Sequence record: NC_049383.1
DNA: 64,000 nt
Reading direction: 5' to 3' (one strand)
Shown: positions 18,936 to 28,781 of the stretch, piece after piece
Position numbering within the stretch: position 1 is the first letter of the stretch
Layout: every line of letters starts with the position of its first letter
Program-made: the position numbers and the translations under genes
The notes under the pieces: model-generated
Databases searched by the model: none
Told to the model about the DNA's origin: nothing
What the model saw: the letters and a program-made list of their open reading frames with translations, nothing else

Positions 18936-19523
18936 TTAACTATTTATTTCTATTAAAGCAACAGCATCAACAATATCATCTATCTTTGCTGTTTTTATTT
19001 TCTGAATTAATTTTGGTAAATGTGGTCTTTTATTATACTCTTCAAACATTTCATCTTTACTAGCTCTACCATTTCCTGTGAATGCCTTCTTTAAACTAGA
19101 AGGTGGATATCCTTTAAAGTTACCTATATTAAAAATAGATAATAACTTGCGTCTGATTATCGCATTTGTTATCGGAATTTCAAGTGATGCTTGACCTTTT
19201 GATTGTAAAGATGGTCTTTCAAAGAATAATAAAACATCATCATTTGAAATTTTATAAATGTCTTTAAACTCTATAATTTTCATTAGTATTTTATCAGCTA
19301 ATGATTCATATGACATTAATTTAACCATATCCATATCAATATGTGAAAAATCTTTTGGTAAACGTCTATTATAAACAATATATTCTACACCTTCTATAAT
19401 TTTATTACCTTTTAATTCTTCATCAACAAAAAGAAATAACTTCTTATAACCATCGATATCTATACAAACCCCTGTTGATTTAATTGACATATCCAAACCA
19501 ACTTTCATAATTTTTTTACCCAT
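18936..19523 (-). CDS. ruvC: RuvC-like Holliday junction resolvase
   Basis: VGLDMSIKSTG, FFERPS, PSSLKKAFTGNGRASKDEM and DDIVDAVAL carry the RuvC acidic tetrad. Confidence 0.85.
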   Translation of the reverse strand: MGKKIMKVGLDMSIKSTGVCIDIDGYKKLFLFVDEELKGNKIIEGVEYIVYNRRLPKDFSHIDMDMVKLMSYESLADKILMKIIEFKDIYKISNDDVLLFFERPSLQSKGQASLEIPITNAIIRRKLLSIFNIGNFKGYPPSSLKKAFTGNGRASKDEMFEEYNKRPHLPKLIQKIKTAKIDDIVDAVALIEINS

Positions 19524-19896
19524 ATAAATTAGTATTTGTGTTTTTCATTATTAATTTCTTAACACTTGTAAAAAATGAATCAATATACTTCAATAATATA
19601 GGATTTTGTTTAAATCTATTATCGAATCGTTCAGGTTTATGTTTATTACAAAACATTGATTTACCAGTTAGCTTATCTATATCGACATAAATACGCGTAT
19701 GACATTCAAAACAACGCCAAGGTAAAAGACCATTACTCTCTTTATGTTTATCAACACAAAGGTTTTGATGTGACCATGAACCAATATTTCTAACAATATC
19801 TTTTCTTATCTCATCAACATCTGTTAACCTTTTTTTGTAATAAACTCTAAATGGTTTAGTCGCAAACCTTTCCTCGTTATCTTCCTTTTGACTCAT
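19516..19896 (-). CDS. hypothetical protein, possible Zn-binding (126 aa)
   Basis: CFECH...FCNKH. Confidence 0.65.
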   Translation of the reverse strand: MSQKEDNEERFATKPFRVYYKKRLTDVDEIRKDIVRNIGSWSHQNLCVDKHKESNGLLPWRCFECHTRIYVDIDKLTGKSMFCNKHKPERFDNRFKQNPILLKYIDSFFTSVKKLIMKNTNTNLYG

Positions 19897-20257
19897 TTAT
19901 ATACTTGTTAATCTTGTTCTTAAAATCAGTACTACTTGTATAATAACCTTTTTCATATTTGTTATTTTCATTCTCATAAACATCATCTGTTGAATTTAAA
20001 ATAATAATAAAATCATAAAACGATTCAGATTCATTTATTGAGAATTGAAGTGTATCTAATTTACTATTAACAGTTAACATACTTTTTATACCGTTATTTC
20101 TAGTACTAAATGTGACAACCTCATCACCGAAAGTTTCACCAACTAATTTTGAAATAGATTCAGAAATCTTTTCACATAGGTTTAACCCTATTTGTATATC
20201 AGAAGTTGATGGATGTGAAATCCGTTCAGCTTTAAAGTATTCTAATATTCCTTTCAT
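19877..20257 (-). CDS. hypothetical protein with capsid-targeting-like N-terminus (126 aa)
   Basis: MKGILEYFKAE start; INES motifs. Confidence 0.7.
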   Translation of the reverse strand: MKGILEYFKAERISHPSTSDIQIGLNLCEKISESISKLVGETFGDEVVTFSTRNNGIKSMLTVNSKLDTLQFSINESESFYDFIIILNSTDDVYENENNKYEKGYYTSSTDFKNKINKYINESKGR

Positions 20258-20268
20258 TTAATTTCTAA

Positions 20269-20652
20269 TTATTTAGTAAATCTATTTATACACATAATAA
20301 TATAACAAATCTTTTCTTTATTTACCTTATTTTCTTCTACAGAAAATCTATTCAAATTAGTCAAAATATTATAAGGTGTTATGAATAAACTGTTTACTAA
20401 AGCTTTACATACTACTTTATATATAGATTTATTACTATGTTTACTTAAAAGTCTATAATAAATATAGTCTGTTCCTAATGAATAACGTTTAGTTTTTAAA
20501 TAACTATAAACGAAATCAACATCACTACATTTAACACATTTTACTTTAAATTCACCATTATCAAAGGCTCTTAAAGCCTCTTTATATAATGGTTTAAAGA
20601 ATGATTCAAATAATTTTTGATTCATTCCCATTGCATTACGGGGATTTTGCAT
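20269..20652 (-). CDS. hypothetical protein (127 aa)
   Basis: ORF track; first gene of the leftward unit, divergent from the tape measure gene. Confidence 0.7.
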   Translation of the reverse strand: MQNPRNAMGMNQKLFESFFKPLYKEALRAFDNGEFKVKCVKCSDVDFVYSYLKTKRYSLGTDYIYYRLLSKHSNKSIYKVVCKALVNSLFITPYNILTNLNRFSVEENKVNKEKICYIIMCINRFTK

Positions 20653-20692
20653 AACTGTTCGATTTTATTTTAAATATTTATCCTTTCAAGGA

Positions 20693-20707
20693 TATATAAT
20701 ATAAATA
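20693..20707 (+). promoter_or_regulatory. T4-like late promoter
   Basis: TATATAATATAAATA; TATAAATA at 20700-20707, 15 nt upstream of the tape measure ATG. Confidence 0.65.
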
Positions 20708-20722
20708 AAGACTGTAATTATT

Positions 20723-23500
20723 ATGGCATTAGAGGAAAGTTTAAATACGGGGAGCAACAGAAGTTCCTCAATTGATTACATATTTAATAATAAAGATGAA
20801 CATACTATAGAAGATGTTTATAAAGCCGTTGTTGGTGATAACGAAACATTATACGAAATAACTAAAAAGTCTGATAAAAAATTGGATATGATAGTTTCTT
20901 CTATTTCCGCTAGTAATTCATATTTAGCAAGTATCGAAGCACATTTAGCTATGGGTCAAAACTTCGATTCTATGGAAGCATTTAAACATGGTGCAATACT
21001 TAGTGTTGATTTAACAGCCGAGGGTGATGCAAAAGATTTTATGCAATCTCTTACAAAATTGGCTGAATTAGATGATATTCAATTAATATCTGTAGCAAAT
21101 GGCTTAGATAATATTGCATTATCACTAGATAAGATATTAGAAAAAGATTATTCAAAATCAAAGCCAATATTAACAACCATTGAAGCAATGGTTACGGGTC
21201 TTGTAAAACTTAATGAATCAATACCAAATTTCAAAATGATTGGTGGTATCGCGGCAGGTCTAGCACTTTTAGGTTTATCAATAGCAGGTTTTACAGCTTT
21301 AGTTGGTTTTGATTCAATCTTATTACTGGGTGCAACTTTTGGTGGATTGGCTTTAGTATCACATTTATTAAATGGTGTTAAGACAGATTTATTAAACGCA
21401 TCATTTGGAATTGCTACAATGGGTCTTTCTATTTGGGCTTTCACAGAACTTGTAAACCCATCAATGTTATTCGAATTTAGTGCATCACTTTTAGGATTAG
21501 GTACAGCAATAGCAATTTATGACGGTGCTTTCGGTAAGAGTTCTATGTCAGTTAGTAAATACCTTTTACAATTAGCTCTAGGTGTTGGCGGTCTTGGGTT
21601 GGCATTAATGCCTTACGATAATGTTGAATGGTCTTCTATTGCAAAAGCTTCTACAGCAATTACAGGTGTTGGTCTTGCAGGTTCTTTACTTAAAAAATCA
21701 AATCCTAAAGACGCTTTAACACTTGGAGCATTAGCATTATCAACAGGTGTTTTAGGTTTATCATTGATGTCTTTTAAAGATATAGCTATAGAAGATGTGA
21801 CTACAGCATTAATTGCTATGACTGGAATGGTTGGTGTTGGATATTTAGCGGGAAAATTAGGTAAAAACTCACTTATAGGTGCTTTAGCACTTGGTGGTAT
21901 AGGTCTTTCAATGATTGCTATAGCAAAAGGTTTAGATTCTATTAAAGGTTTAGGTCTTACATTAGATGATGCAGGTGTTATAGCAGGAACAATTGGATTG
22001 ACGGCAGGGGCTTTTAGTGCTTTGGGTATTCCTGTTGTTGCCGCTCTTATTGGTACTGGTGCTATTGTAGCATTAAGTATGGGTGCAGGTTTAGCAACAT
22101 TATCATGGGGATTGAATAAAGTAGCTACAGTAAACTTAGGTGTTGAACAAGCACAAAACTTCGCTGATAGTGTTATTTTGGTTAAAGATGCTATAGCGCA
22201 AATTGGTGAGAGTGGTGGTTTGACAAGTTTACTTTCGGGTATTGCTCAATCAGCTTTAATAACTGGTGCAACTTTACCACTAGTTTTAGCGGTTAATATG
22301 GTCAATAAAGTGAAAGCACCTAAAGAAGAAACATTAACAGGATTTAGTAATACTGTGATGAGGTTAAAAGATACATTCACACAATTTGGATTCTTAGACC
22401 TTGCTGAACTCGCCGCAGTTACACCAGTTATGCTTTTAATGGCAACAACAACTGTGGCATTAGGTGGTGCTATAAACTTATTCACGAAACTATCAACAAC
22501 AAAGGAAAATGTTGATAGTGCTGTATCTACACTAGATTCTTTCTTAATAGGTATTCATGCATCATTCGCAAAACATGATGATGAAAGTTTTGATGTTCTA
22601 AGAAAGGGTATCGATTCTACTATGAATCTAGGTCTATTACTGAAAAACCTTTCTATGGGTATTAATGAAATTAGTGTTCATATGAAAAATAATACTGATT
22701 TCAAAGGAATAGGTGAAAGTGTTGGTTCAATGTTGATGGCTTTAACAGACCCTTTAGCACAGATTGGAAGTCAAAAAGATAGTATTAGTATTGGTGGTTT
22801 CAATATAACAAATCCTTTTTCAAATAAGGTTGAAAATGGTATTGATGCACTTAGAAATATCGGTTCTGTATTCACTCCATTATCTGATATGGTTAAGATT
22901 TTTGCAAATGATACGGATGGAACATTAGTACAAAAGTTTGGAACAAATATAAGAGGTATTTTAGGAACGTTAAGTGAAGTATTCGTAGAGTTTCAAGATA
23001 CTGAAAATCAAGGAATGGAATTTCTTTATGAGGCTACTGATAACACATCATCATTTATAAAGACTTTAACAGGTGCTAATTATGAGGGTGCTAGTAAGGG
23101 TCTTAAATCTGTTTCAGCATCTACAGTTGTTATGAGAGATTCAATAAATAATATGGATTTGGAAAAGTTGTCTAAATTAAACGATTTATTCCATAATATG
23201 AATATGTTGAATGAGGGTGAAGGAATTGAAAAATTAGTAGAGGCTTTAGGAAATTTTGTTGAAGCATTAATGACAGCAAATAGTTCAACAGTTACTAATA
23301 ACAATAACGAGACAAACAAAACAACTAATAAAACAGAAAAAGGCGAATCTAAAGATATTAAACCTATAAAGGATATGGATGAATTAGCCAACGTTTTATC
23401 TAGTGGTAATACTGATATTGTAGAATCGTTAAGAGAGTTATTAGAATATTTACAAAGTGGTGATTTAACAGCTACTGTAGAAGTAAAAGAAGGTTTTTAA
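20723..23500 (+). CDS. tail tape measure protein (925 aa)
   Basis: Long Ala/Gly/Leu-rich helical central region with hydrophobic repeats, polar ends, late promoter; no other tape measure candidate in the window. Confidence 0.75.
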   Translation: MALEESLNTGSNRSSSIDYIFNNKDEHTIEDVYKAVVGDNETLYEITKKSDKKLDMIVSSISASNSYLASIEAHLAMGQNFDSMEAFKHGAILSVDLTAEGDAKDFMQSLTKLAELDDIQLISVANGLDNIALSLDKILEKDYSKSKPILTTIEAMVTGLVKLNESIPNFKMIGGIAAGLALLGLSIAGFTALVGFDSILLLGATFGGLALVSHLLNGVKTDLLNASFGIATMGLSIWAFTELVNPSMLFEFSASLLGLGTAIAIYDGAFGKSSMSVSKYLLQLALGVGGLGLALMPYDNVEWSSIAKASTAITGVGLAGSLLKKSNPKDALTLGALALSTGVLGLSLMSFKDIAIEDVTTALIAMTGMVGVGYLAGKLGKNSLIGALALGGIGLSMIAIAKGLDSIKGLGLTLDDAGVIAGTIGLTAGAFSALGIPVVAALIGTGAIVALSMGAGLATLSWGLNKVATVNLGVEQAQNFADSVILVKDAIAQIGESGGLTSLLSGIAQSALITGATLPLVLAVNMVNKVKAPKEETLTGFSNTVMRLKDTFTQFGFLDLAELAAVTPVMLLMATTTVALGGAINLFTKLSTTKENVDSAVSTLDSFLIGIHASFAKHDDESFDVLRKGIDSTMNLGLLLKNLSMGINEISVHMKNNTDFKGIGESVGSMLMALTDPLAQIGSQKDSISIGGFNITNPFSNKVENGIDALRNIGSVFTPLSDMVKIFANDTDGTLVQKFGTNIRGILGTLSEVFVEFQDTENQGMEFLYEATDNTSSFIKTLTGANYEGASKGLKSVSASTVVMRDSINNMDLEKLSKLNDLFHNMNMLNEGEGIEKLVEALGNFVEALMTANSSTVTNNNNETNKTTNKTEKGESKDIKPIKDMDELANVLSSGNTDIVESLRELLEYLQSGDLTATVEVKEGF

Positions 23501-23519
23501 TTTTTAAATCGCAAATAAA

Positions 23520-23882
23520 ATGGAAGTAGTAGAATTTATTAAACAACATATACATTATATCCTAGTTTTAGGATATTTTGTATATTTAATGGTTATATTT
23601 AGAAGTAAAGAGTTAAGAAAGAACTTTTTACAAGCACATAAAGAGAAATCCGAGTATAGTTGGACTCGTTTTATGGGTACATTTATAGTTACAACGGCTA
23701 TGGTTATCGCCCTAACATCTTTATTGATGGGTAAAGAAGCTAATGTTACTTTAATTTCTTTAATGTTGGCTACAGCTTTTGGTGGCAAAGTTTTACAGAA
23801 AAGAACAGAAAACGGTGAAAGTATATTTACTTTTACAAAGAATAAAAAAGATAATACAGAAGATGATGAAAATACTAAGTAA
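23520..23882 (+). CDS. putative holin (3 predicted TM helices)
   Basis: Three hydrophobic segments and a charged C-terminal tail; precedes a spanin-like pair. Confidence 0.6.
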   Translation: MEVVEFIKQHIHYILVLGYFVYLMVIFRSKELRKNFLQAHKEKSEYSWTRFMGTFIVTTAMVIALTSLLMGKEANVTLISLMLATAFGGKVLQKRTENGESIFTFTKNKKDNTEDDENTK

Positions 23883-24246
23883 TTTCACAATAAAGGATGT
23901 TCTTTACTTTTTGATACTTTTCGTGATTGGTTATTTTTTATATCAAAACTTAAACGGTGTTGATACTAAATATATGAAATCACTTGAAGACAAAAAAGTA
24001 GAATATCAAAATAGAATCGATTCTTTAAAGAATGTCGTTTCTAAAGGTAAGGACTCAATCAAAGTTTTTGATGAGAAGATTAAACGGTATGAAAAAGTAC
24101 TTGTTGAAAAGAATATTAAAATTAAAACTTTAAAGGATGAAATCAAATATAAAAAAGAAGTCATTAATAACAGCGATGTTAGTTTTTCTTATGACATTGT
24201 TTATAAACACCTCGACAGTATCAGCACAACAAATAAGAAAAATTAA
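23863..24246 (+). CDS. i-spanin-like protein (N-terminal TM plus coiled coil)
   Basis: Probable start MMKILSNF at 23863 or 23866 rather than 23779; VLYFLILFVIGYFLY anchor then a Lys/Glu-rich coiled coil. Confidence 0.55.
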   Translation: MMKILSNFTIKDVLYFLILFVIGYFLYQNLNGVDTKYMKSLEDKKVEYQNRIDSLKNVVSKGKDSIKVFDEKIKRYEKVLVEKNIKIKTLKDEIKYKKEVINNSDVSFSYDIVYKHLDSISTTNKKN

Positions 24247-24574
24247 TAAAAACGAATTTGTAATTGATTCATTAGCATTAAAAGATTACGCTACACAAAT
24301 AGAAACGAATAAACGTTTAGAAAAATTAGTTCTTAGATATAGTTCAAAGGTTTTGACTTTGGAAACTTTAGTTGGTGACCTTAAAACACAAAACAAAATG
24401 TATCTAACAAATCAAAATCATTTAGAAAAAATAATTTCAACGAATGAGAAGAAAAATGATGTTGAAAACGAACTAGCAAAAGAGCGTTTGAGATTAACAC
24501 GAAGACAGCGAAACACCGCATATGTTATTACTGGCGCAACTATTATAGTCGCCACAATTTTACTAACAAAATAA
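24137..24574 (+). CDS. spanin-like partner: signal peptide, coiled coil, C-terminal TM
   Basis: KKK n-region, hydrophobic h-region, VSA/QQ cleavage-like site; AYVITGATIIVATILLTK C-terminal anchor; overlaps the upstream gene by 110 nt; no Cys. Confidence 0.5.
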   Translation: MKSNIKKKSLITAMLVFLMTLFINTSTVSAQQIRKINKNEFVIDSLALKDYATQIETNKRLEKLVLRYSSKVLTLETLVGDLKTQNKMYLTNQNHLEKIISTNEKKNDVENELAKERLRLTRRQRNTAYVITGATIIVATILLTK

Positions 24575-24609
24575 AAAAATCCGATTCAATTTTTGAATCG
24601 GATTTTTTT
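24573..24609. terminator. bidirectional terminator between convergent genes
   Basis: aaaaaaatccgattcaa-ttt-ttgaatcggattttttt. Confidence 0.85.
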
Positions 24610-24610
24610 G

Positions 24611-24889
24611 TTATTGTAACCTTTGCACCATGAATTGAGGCATTCCAATAGGACTATTTGGGTCAATAGCTAAATTTCTAGAAAACTTTTTACATAGTTC
24701 GTTATACTCTCTAACGAACTCGTCGTCTCTAGATTGTTCTAATCTATTTCTTTGAATAGTTCTTTGCTCTTCTTCTGATAGTTGTATTCCTTTAGTCTCT
24801 TCTTGTAGAGCTTCCATTTTCACAACATCATTCTTAGCAACTCTTTTAGCTTTTTGTGTTCCAGTAGCTTTTTCACCTGATTTACTCAT
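24611..24889 (-). CDS. hypothetical protein (92 aa)
   Basis: ORF track; has its own host-type promoter and terminator. Confidence 0.75.
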   Translation of the reverse strand: MSKSGEKATGTQKAKRVAKNDVVKMEALQEETKGIQLSEEEQRTIQRNRLEQSRDDEFVREYNELCKKFSRNLAIDPNSPIGMPQFMVQRLQ

Positions 24890-24918
24890 AATAATAAACG
24901 TTTAAAATTAATAAAGTG

Positions 24919-24949
24919 CAAATATATAACTATTCACACTTTATTCCAA
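24919..24949 (-). promoter_or_regulatory. Bacteroidota sigma-A type promoter
   Basis: TTG (24947-24949), 20-nt spacer, TATATTTG (24919-24926) on the minus strand; 29 nt upstream of ATG 24889. Confidence 0.65.
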
Positions 24950-24966
24950 ATATTTTTGTCGAAAAA

Positions 24967-26013
24967 TTACCAAGTTCTCTCAATTAGTGTCCTAATCCAT
25001 TCGTCTGTATCAATACACTCATATTTATAATTCCCGATAATCCTTATTTCACCCATAACACCTTCACTTGTTGGTGTTGGTACAACATTACTAGAAGTAA
25101 CACCATAAATTTGTGAAGTGTGTGGTGGTAGTGTTGAACTTGAATTTTGTGTTAAATTACCATCCAAATCATGCCTAGTTGTACCATCTGTAGATAAAAA
25201 TTGTAAAGCTCTACTATTTATTATCCTCAAATTGTTACCAAAAATAACTTCTCTTGTTGTATTAAAATACACATCTTCTGTTAAAAACTCAATTCGATTA
25301 TCAGAAGATGATGCACCTTTTCTAAGCAGTATCGAATTATCCCAACTTAAACCAAAACCTAATATATCAGAATCCGTGTTGAATTTATCCCAATATGGAA
25401 ATTCATGAGGAACAGCTAAAGCACCTAACGCAACTAAAGCATCACCCATTTTTTGAAAATCGTTTAAAGCTGTATGTGTTGTTGACATTAAACCATACAT
25501 TCCACTTAATGTTTGAGTTAATGCAGGGTCGTTCGAAATAACACCATCAACATCTTTTCCAACTAGTATAATATCTAAATCAGTATAATCCGAATTTGTA
25601 GCAAAGTGAATATAATTTTCACGTTCAGTTCCATCAACTTTTCCCCTTTTCCATGATATTAATAATGATTCATCATCATGCATGAATTGACCCATTATGT
25701 TAACAGTTCCCAAGTTATGCTCAACTTCAATAATTGTACTAGCTACGGTATCAACTGTAGCCTCGAACGTTTTAGTTCCTTGAAAATTTATTACAGGTTT
25801 GAAATCGCTATTTGTGATACCACCATCAAAGAAGTAGTATTTTCTAATATTTTCGACATAAACTAACATACCATCATACCTAATACTTTCAGGTAATTGA
25901 GTATCAATTTGGTCTAATGCCGAGATATTATCATATTTATCTATAGGTTCAGCATTCGTTCTTTGAAAAGAAACTTTTAAATCCCTAACCTTTGTATTAT
26001 TATATCCTGCCAT
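24967..26013 (-). CDS. tail fibre / virion appendage-like protein (348 aa)
   Basis: N-terminal PID...RYDGMLVYV...YYFFDGGI domain shared with 27289..27849; C-terminal PTSEGVMGEIRIIGNYKYECIDTDEWIR fibre-tip-like motif. Confidence 0.55.
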   Translation of the reverse strand: MAGYNNTKVRDLKVSFQRTNAEPIDKYDNISALDQIDTQLPESIRYDGMLVYVENIRKYYFFDGGITNSDFKPVINFQGTKTFEATVDTVASTIIEVEHNLGTVNIMGQFMHDDESLLISWKRGKVDGTERENYIHFATNSDYTDLDIILVGKDVDGVISNDPALTQTLSGMYGLMSTTHTALNDFQKMGDALVALGALAVPHEFPYWDKFNTDSDILGFGLSWDNSILLRKGASSSDNRIEFLTEDVYFNTTREVIFGNNLRIINSRALQFLSTDGTTRHDLDGNLTQNSSSTLPPHTSQIYGVTSSNVVPTPTSEGVMGEIRIIGNYKYECIDTDEWIRTLIERTW

Positions 26014-27287
26014 TATTCTATAATTTTTGTTGATTGTGTTGGTGTAAGCGAATTAACAACCCAAACCCTAAATTTATAATTTGTTGTAATATTTTCATAA
26101 TCAGAATGTTCTATACCTAAATCGATTGTTACATCATTTGAATAGAACTTTGTTTGTTTGAACGGTCTTCCGTGTTCAACTTTAGTTATAAAACCAACAT
26201 TTGAAACAATCCTAATTTGATTTGTTCCGACTTTATACACATCGAAATCACCATTCGGAACAACCAAAGCAGATTCACCATTTATTGAAACTTCATTTGT
26301 TGTTGATGAAAACATTATATCATTTATAGAATCGAAAGTTTTTTCAAATATCACCACCTCTAAAGTTTTAGCCTCTGTTAATACAGATGTTGTATTCATA
26401 TTAAAAACTGTATATGTGAAACCTGAACCAACACCCCAAGGTTTTATATTACTAACGGTTTGTGTATCGAAAGCACTTGAAATATCTTCACCATCCATCA
26501 TAATTGCAATATCTGCATTTTCTAATGGTAAAGCGAAGTTGATATCTGTAACATCTTTATCAATTTCCAAATAGAATTTATTAGCGAAGTCCAAAACATT
26601 CGGTACAGATTCTAGAATTTCTACATCTGTCATACTTGTAAAGTTAATACCGCTATTTCTAGAAATATTTGTTAAAATTGGTGGTTTTAAATCTAATGAT
26701 ACATCACTATTAATATCATTCGCATCACCAAAAATTCCAGTATTATCATCATTCCCGTGTGAATCTTCTTTAATTACAGAGCCTTGATAACTTATATTAA
26801 CATCCCATGATTGAATCCCTTCTAAAAGTTCAAAATTTGAAACAGTAAATATATTACCTGCTTGAACAACTGGTGTGTTTATACCACTACCCGAAAATGT
26901 ATAACTTGTTATACCTTCTGAATCATTTAATGTAACTATTGCTTCTAATACAACATCAACTTGTTTACCTGATTGTTTTAACTCATCTAAATTTTGTATA
27001 GAAAGTTGAACAGTTGGTTTTGTGTATGTTGGTGCAATCAGAGGGTTAAAAACCTCATCTAATATTTCATTAACAGTCTTACCATCAATATCTGTTCCTG
27101 CGGGAATACCACCGACATCATTAACTGTTGTTGTTGCTGAAAGGTTTTTTACTTTTAGTTTTTCTTCGACAAATTTTCTATTAATAGCATCTTCATCATG
27201 CTCTTCTCCTGAATTTACATCAGGAATCCTAGCATTTTTAATACTATTTTTGTTAAAATCTTTATGTTGTCTTACTTGTATATCCAT
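26013..27287 (-). CDS. virion structural protein, fibre-associated (424 aa)
   Basis: DAINRKFVE knot-like motif, VGGIPAGT...PTYTKPTVQLS Ig-like start; in a late-promoter operon. Confidence 0.5.
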   Translation of the reverse strand: MDIQVRQHKDFNKNSIKNARIPDVNSGEEHDEDAINRKFVEEKLKVKNLSATTTVNDVGGIPAGTDIDGKTVNEILDEVFNPLIAPTYTKPTVQLSIQNLDELKQSGKQVDVVLEAIVTLNDSEGITSYTFSGSGINTPVVQAGNIFTVSNFELLEGIQSWDVNISYQGSVIKEDSHGNDDNTGIFGDANDINSDVSLDLKPPILTNISRNSGINFTSMTDVEILESVPNVLDFANKFYLEIDKDVTDINFALPLENADIAIMMDGEDISSAFDTQTVSNIKPWGVGSGFTYTVFNMNTTSVLTEAKTLEVVIFEKTFDSINDIMFSSTTNEVSINGESALVVPNGDFDVYKVGTNQIRIVSNVGFITKVEHGRPFKQTKFYSNDVTIDLGIEHSDYENITTNYKFRVWVVNSLTPTQSTKIIE

Positions 27288-27288
27288 C

Positions 27289-27849
27289 TTATGAAATTAT
27301 TATAGTTCCACTTAAATCACCGTTCCATGTTAAAACGAATTGTGATGCGCTTGTTTTCTGTATTCCAACTTCCACATTCATACCATTTTCATCATAGATA
27401 TTACAAATAGCATCATTAATAGCATGGTCTATTGTGATAGTTCCTGTTACATCATTGAAATCAGATTTATATTTTGAAGTTGCACCTAATTGAAGCCATT
27501 TTTCGGGTGATGTTATCGGTGTTTCGGATGCTGTTGTGTTACTTATACATATGAACATATTAGCACCAACAGAAGCTGTCTCACCAAGTGTATATGCTTT
27601 TGCTGTGAATGGTTCAAATGTTGAAAGTGAATTACCATCACCTAATTTTGCCCAATGACTTATATCATCACCAATAGCACCATCTTTAAGATAATAAAGT
27701 GTTTTTTCATCTTTTACAAAGATAACCATGTTCGGTATGTTATAATCGGGGTCATTATTGACCGCAACAGATAAACTATCAACGTGTGTTTTTCCGTCCA
27801 TTGGTTGATTACTTTTAGACTCAACCCCACTAAATCCTAATGTTGACAT
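27289..27849 (-). CDS. structural protein with CBM5/12-like motif (186 aa)
   Basis: AKAYTLGETASVGANMFICISNTT...PEKW resembles the chitin-binding type-3 pattern; N-terminal domain paralogous to 24967..26013. Confidence 0.5.
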   Translation of the reverse strand: MSTLGFSGVESKSNQPMDGKTHVDSLSVAVNNDPDYNIPNMVIFVKDEKTLYYLKDGAIGDDISHWAKLGDGNSLSTFEPFTAKAYTLGETASVGANMFICISNTTASETPITSPEKWLQLGATSKYKSDFNDVTGTITIDHAINDAICNIYDENGMNVEVGIQKTSASQFVLTWNGDLSGTIIIS

Positions 27850-27883
27850 ATATTATATTTTTTGGTTTAATAATCTTTTACTT

Positions 27884-27891
27884 TATTTATA
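27884..27891 (-). promoter_or_regulatory. T4-like late promoter
   Basis: TATAAATA on the minus strand, 34 nt upstream of ATG 27849. Confidence 0.6.
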
Positions 27892-27913
27892 CTTCGGAAC
27901 TTATTTAACAAAG

Positions 27914-27940
27914 AAAAGTCCATGCTAAACATGGACTTTT
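27914..27940. terminator. intrinsic terminator
   Basis: aaaagtccatg-ctaaa-catggactttt. Confidence 0.8.
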
Positions 27941-27991
27941 CCTTAGATACGTTAAACGGTACACCGCCCTCCTTTCAGTTAAGGTTAAAAT

Positions 27992-28780
27992 TTATTTATT
28001 TTCTCTTTTTGCTCTATTATTTAATTGTTCTCTTAACATTGCTTGTTGCTTTTCGAACTCCTTTAAAGTTCCTTGACAATAAACAAATCCTGACTTTACA
28101 TTAAATTCAGCTTTAAATTTATTATAATGTGGTGCTAAAGCCATTAATTTAGCTTTAATTTCCTCACCTTTAAATTCTTCACCCATTTCAATATAAGTAC
28201 TTGCTGAAAAATCAATCATCATCATAACAGCAAACTCTTGAATACTTTCTCTAACCTCTGATGCGAAAGCAGATTCATCACTTTTTTTAATACCTAAAGT
28301 TTTAAGAATCATTTTTTGTGTTTTCTTCTCTAATGATGCATACAATTTATTACTTTCTTCTGTAAACATAGAGGTATAATTTGTCATACCTTCAACTGCA
28401 TCAAAAAGTGGTTGTAATAAGTTTTTTGCTTTTGAATTTCCTTTGAAAACGTGTTGTAATAAAATTCTAGGAGCATCATGAGCATTGTAAATATCACAAT
28501 CTTCATACATAGCTCGCATAGTTTTATCTAAACCAGTTCTCTCAAAAACATCTTTAAATAACTTTACAATAAATACACGTCTTAAATATGGTTCTAGTGT
28601 TTTCAATTGATTGATATCTTTGAAAGCATCTTCCATACCTTCACCAATCATTTTTGTTAATCCCGAATTTTCAATTTCTCCAATACATTCGTTTACTGAA
28701 CTTTCAAAAACAGCATCAACTTTTTTAAAATTTGCAGAACCTTCCAAAGATTCCTTAATATAGTCTCTAATATCTCTCAT
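27992..28780 (-). CDS. putative capsid-internal protein (262 aa)
   Basis: Probable start at 28780 (MRDIRDYIKES), 1 nt after the upstream stop; several xxES motifs. Confidence 0.7.
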   Translation of the reverse strand: MRDIRDYIKESLEGSANFKKVDAVFESSVNECIGEIENSGLTKMIGEGMEDAFKDINQLKTLEPYLRRVFIVKLFKDVFERTGLDKTMRAMYEDCDIYNAHDAPRILLQHVFKGNSKAKNLLQPLFDAVEGMTNYTSMFTEESNKLYASLEKKTQKMILKTLGIKKSDESAFASEVRESIQEFAVMMMIDFSASTYIEMGEEFKGEEIKAKLMALAPHYNKFKAEFNVKSGFVYCQGTLKEFEKQQAMLREQLNNRAKRENK

Positions 28781-28781
28781 T

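Noticed and set aside
23779-23862. N-terminal extension of the i-spanin-like ORF given by the track
   Set aside because: It overlaps the holin gene for about 100 nt and precedes a better start (MMKILSNF) just before the TM helix.
20700-24609. Invertible segment explaining the plus-strand block
   Set aside because: No flanking inverted repeats or recombinase seen; the block has its own divergent promoter and convergent terminator.
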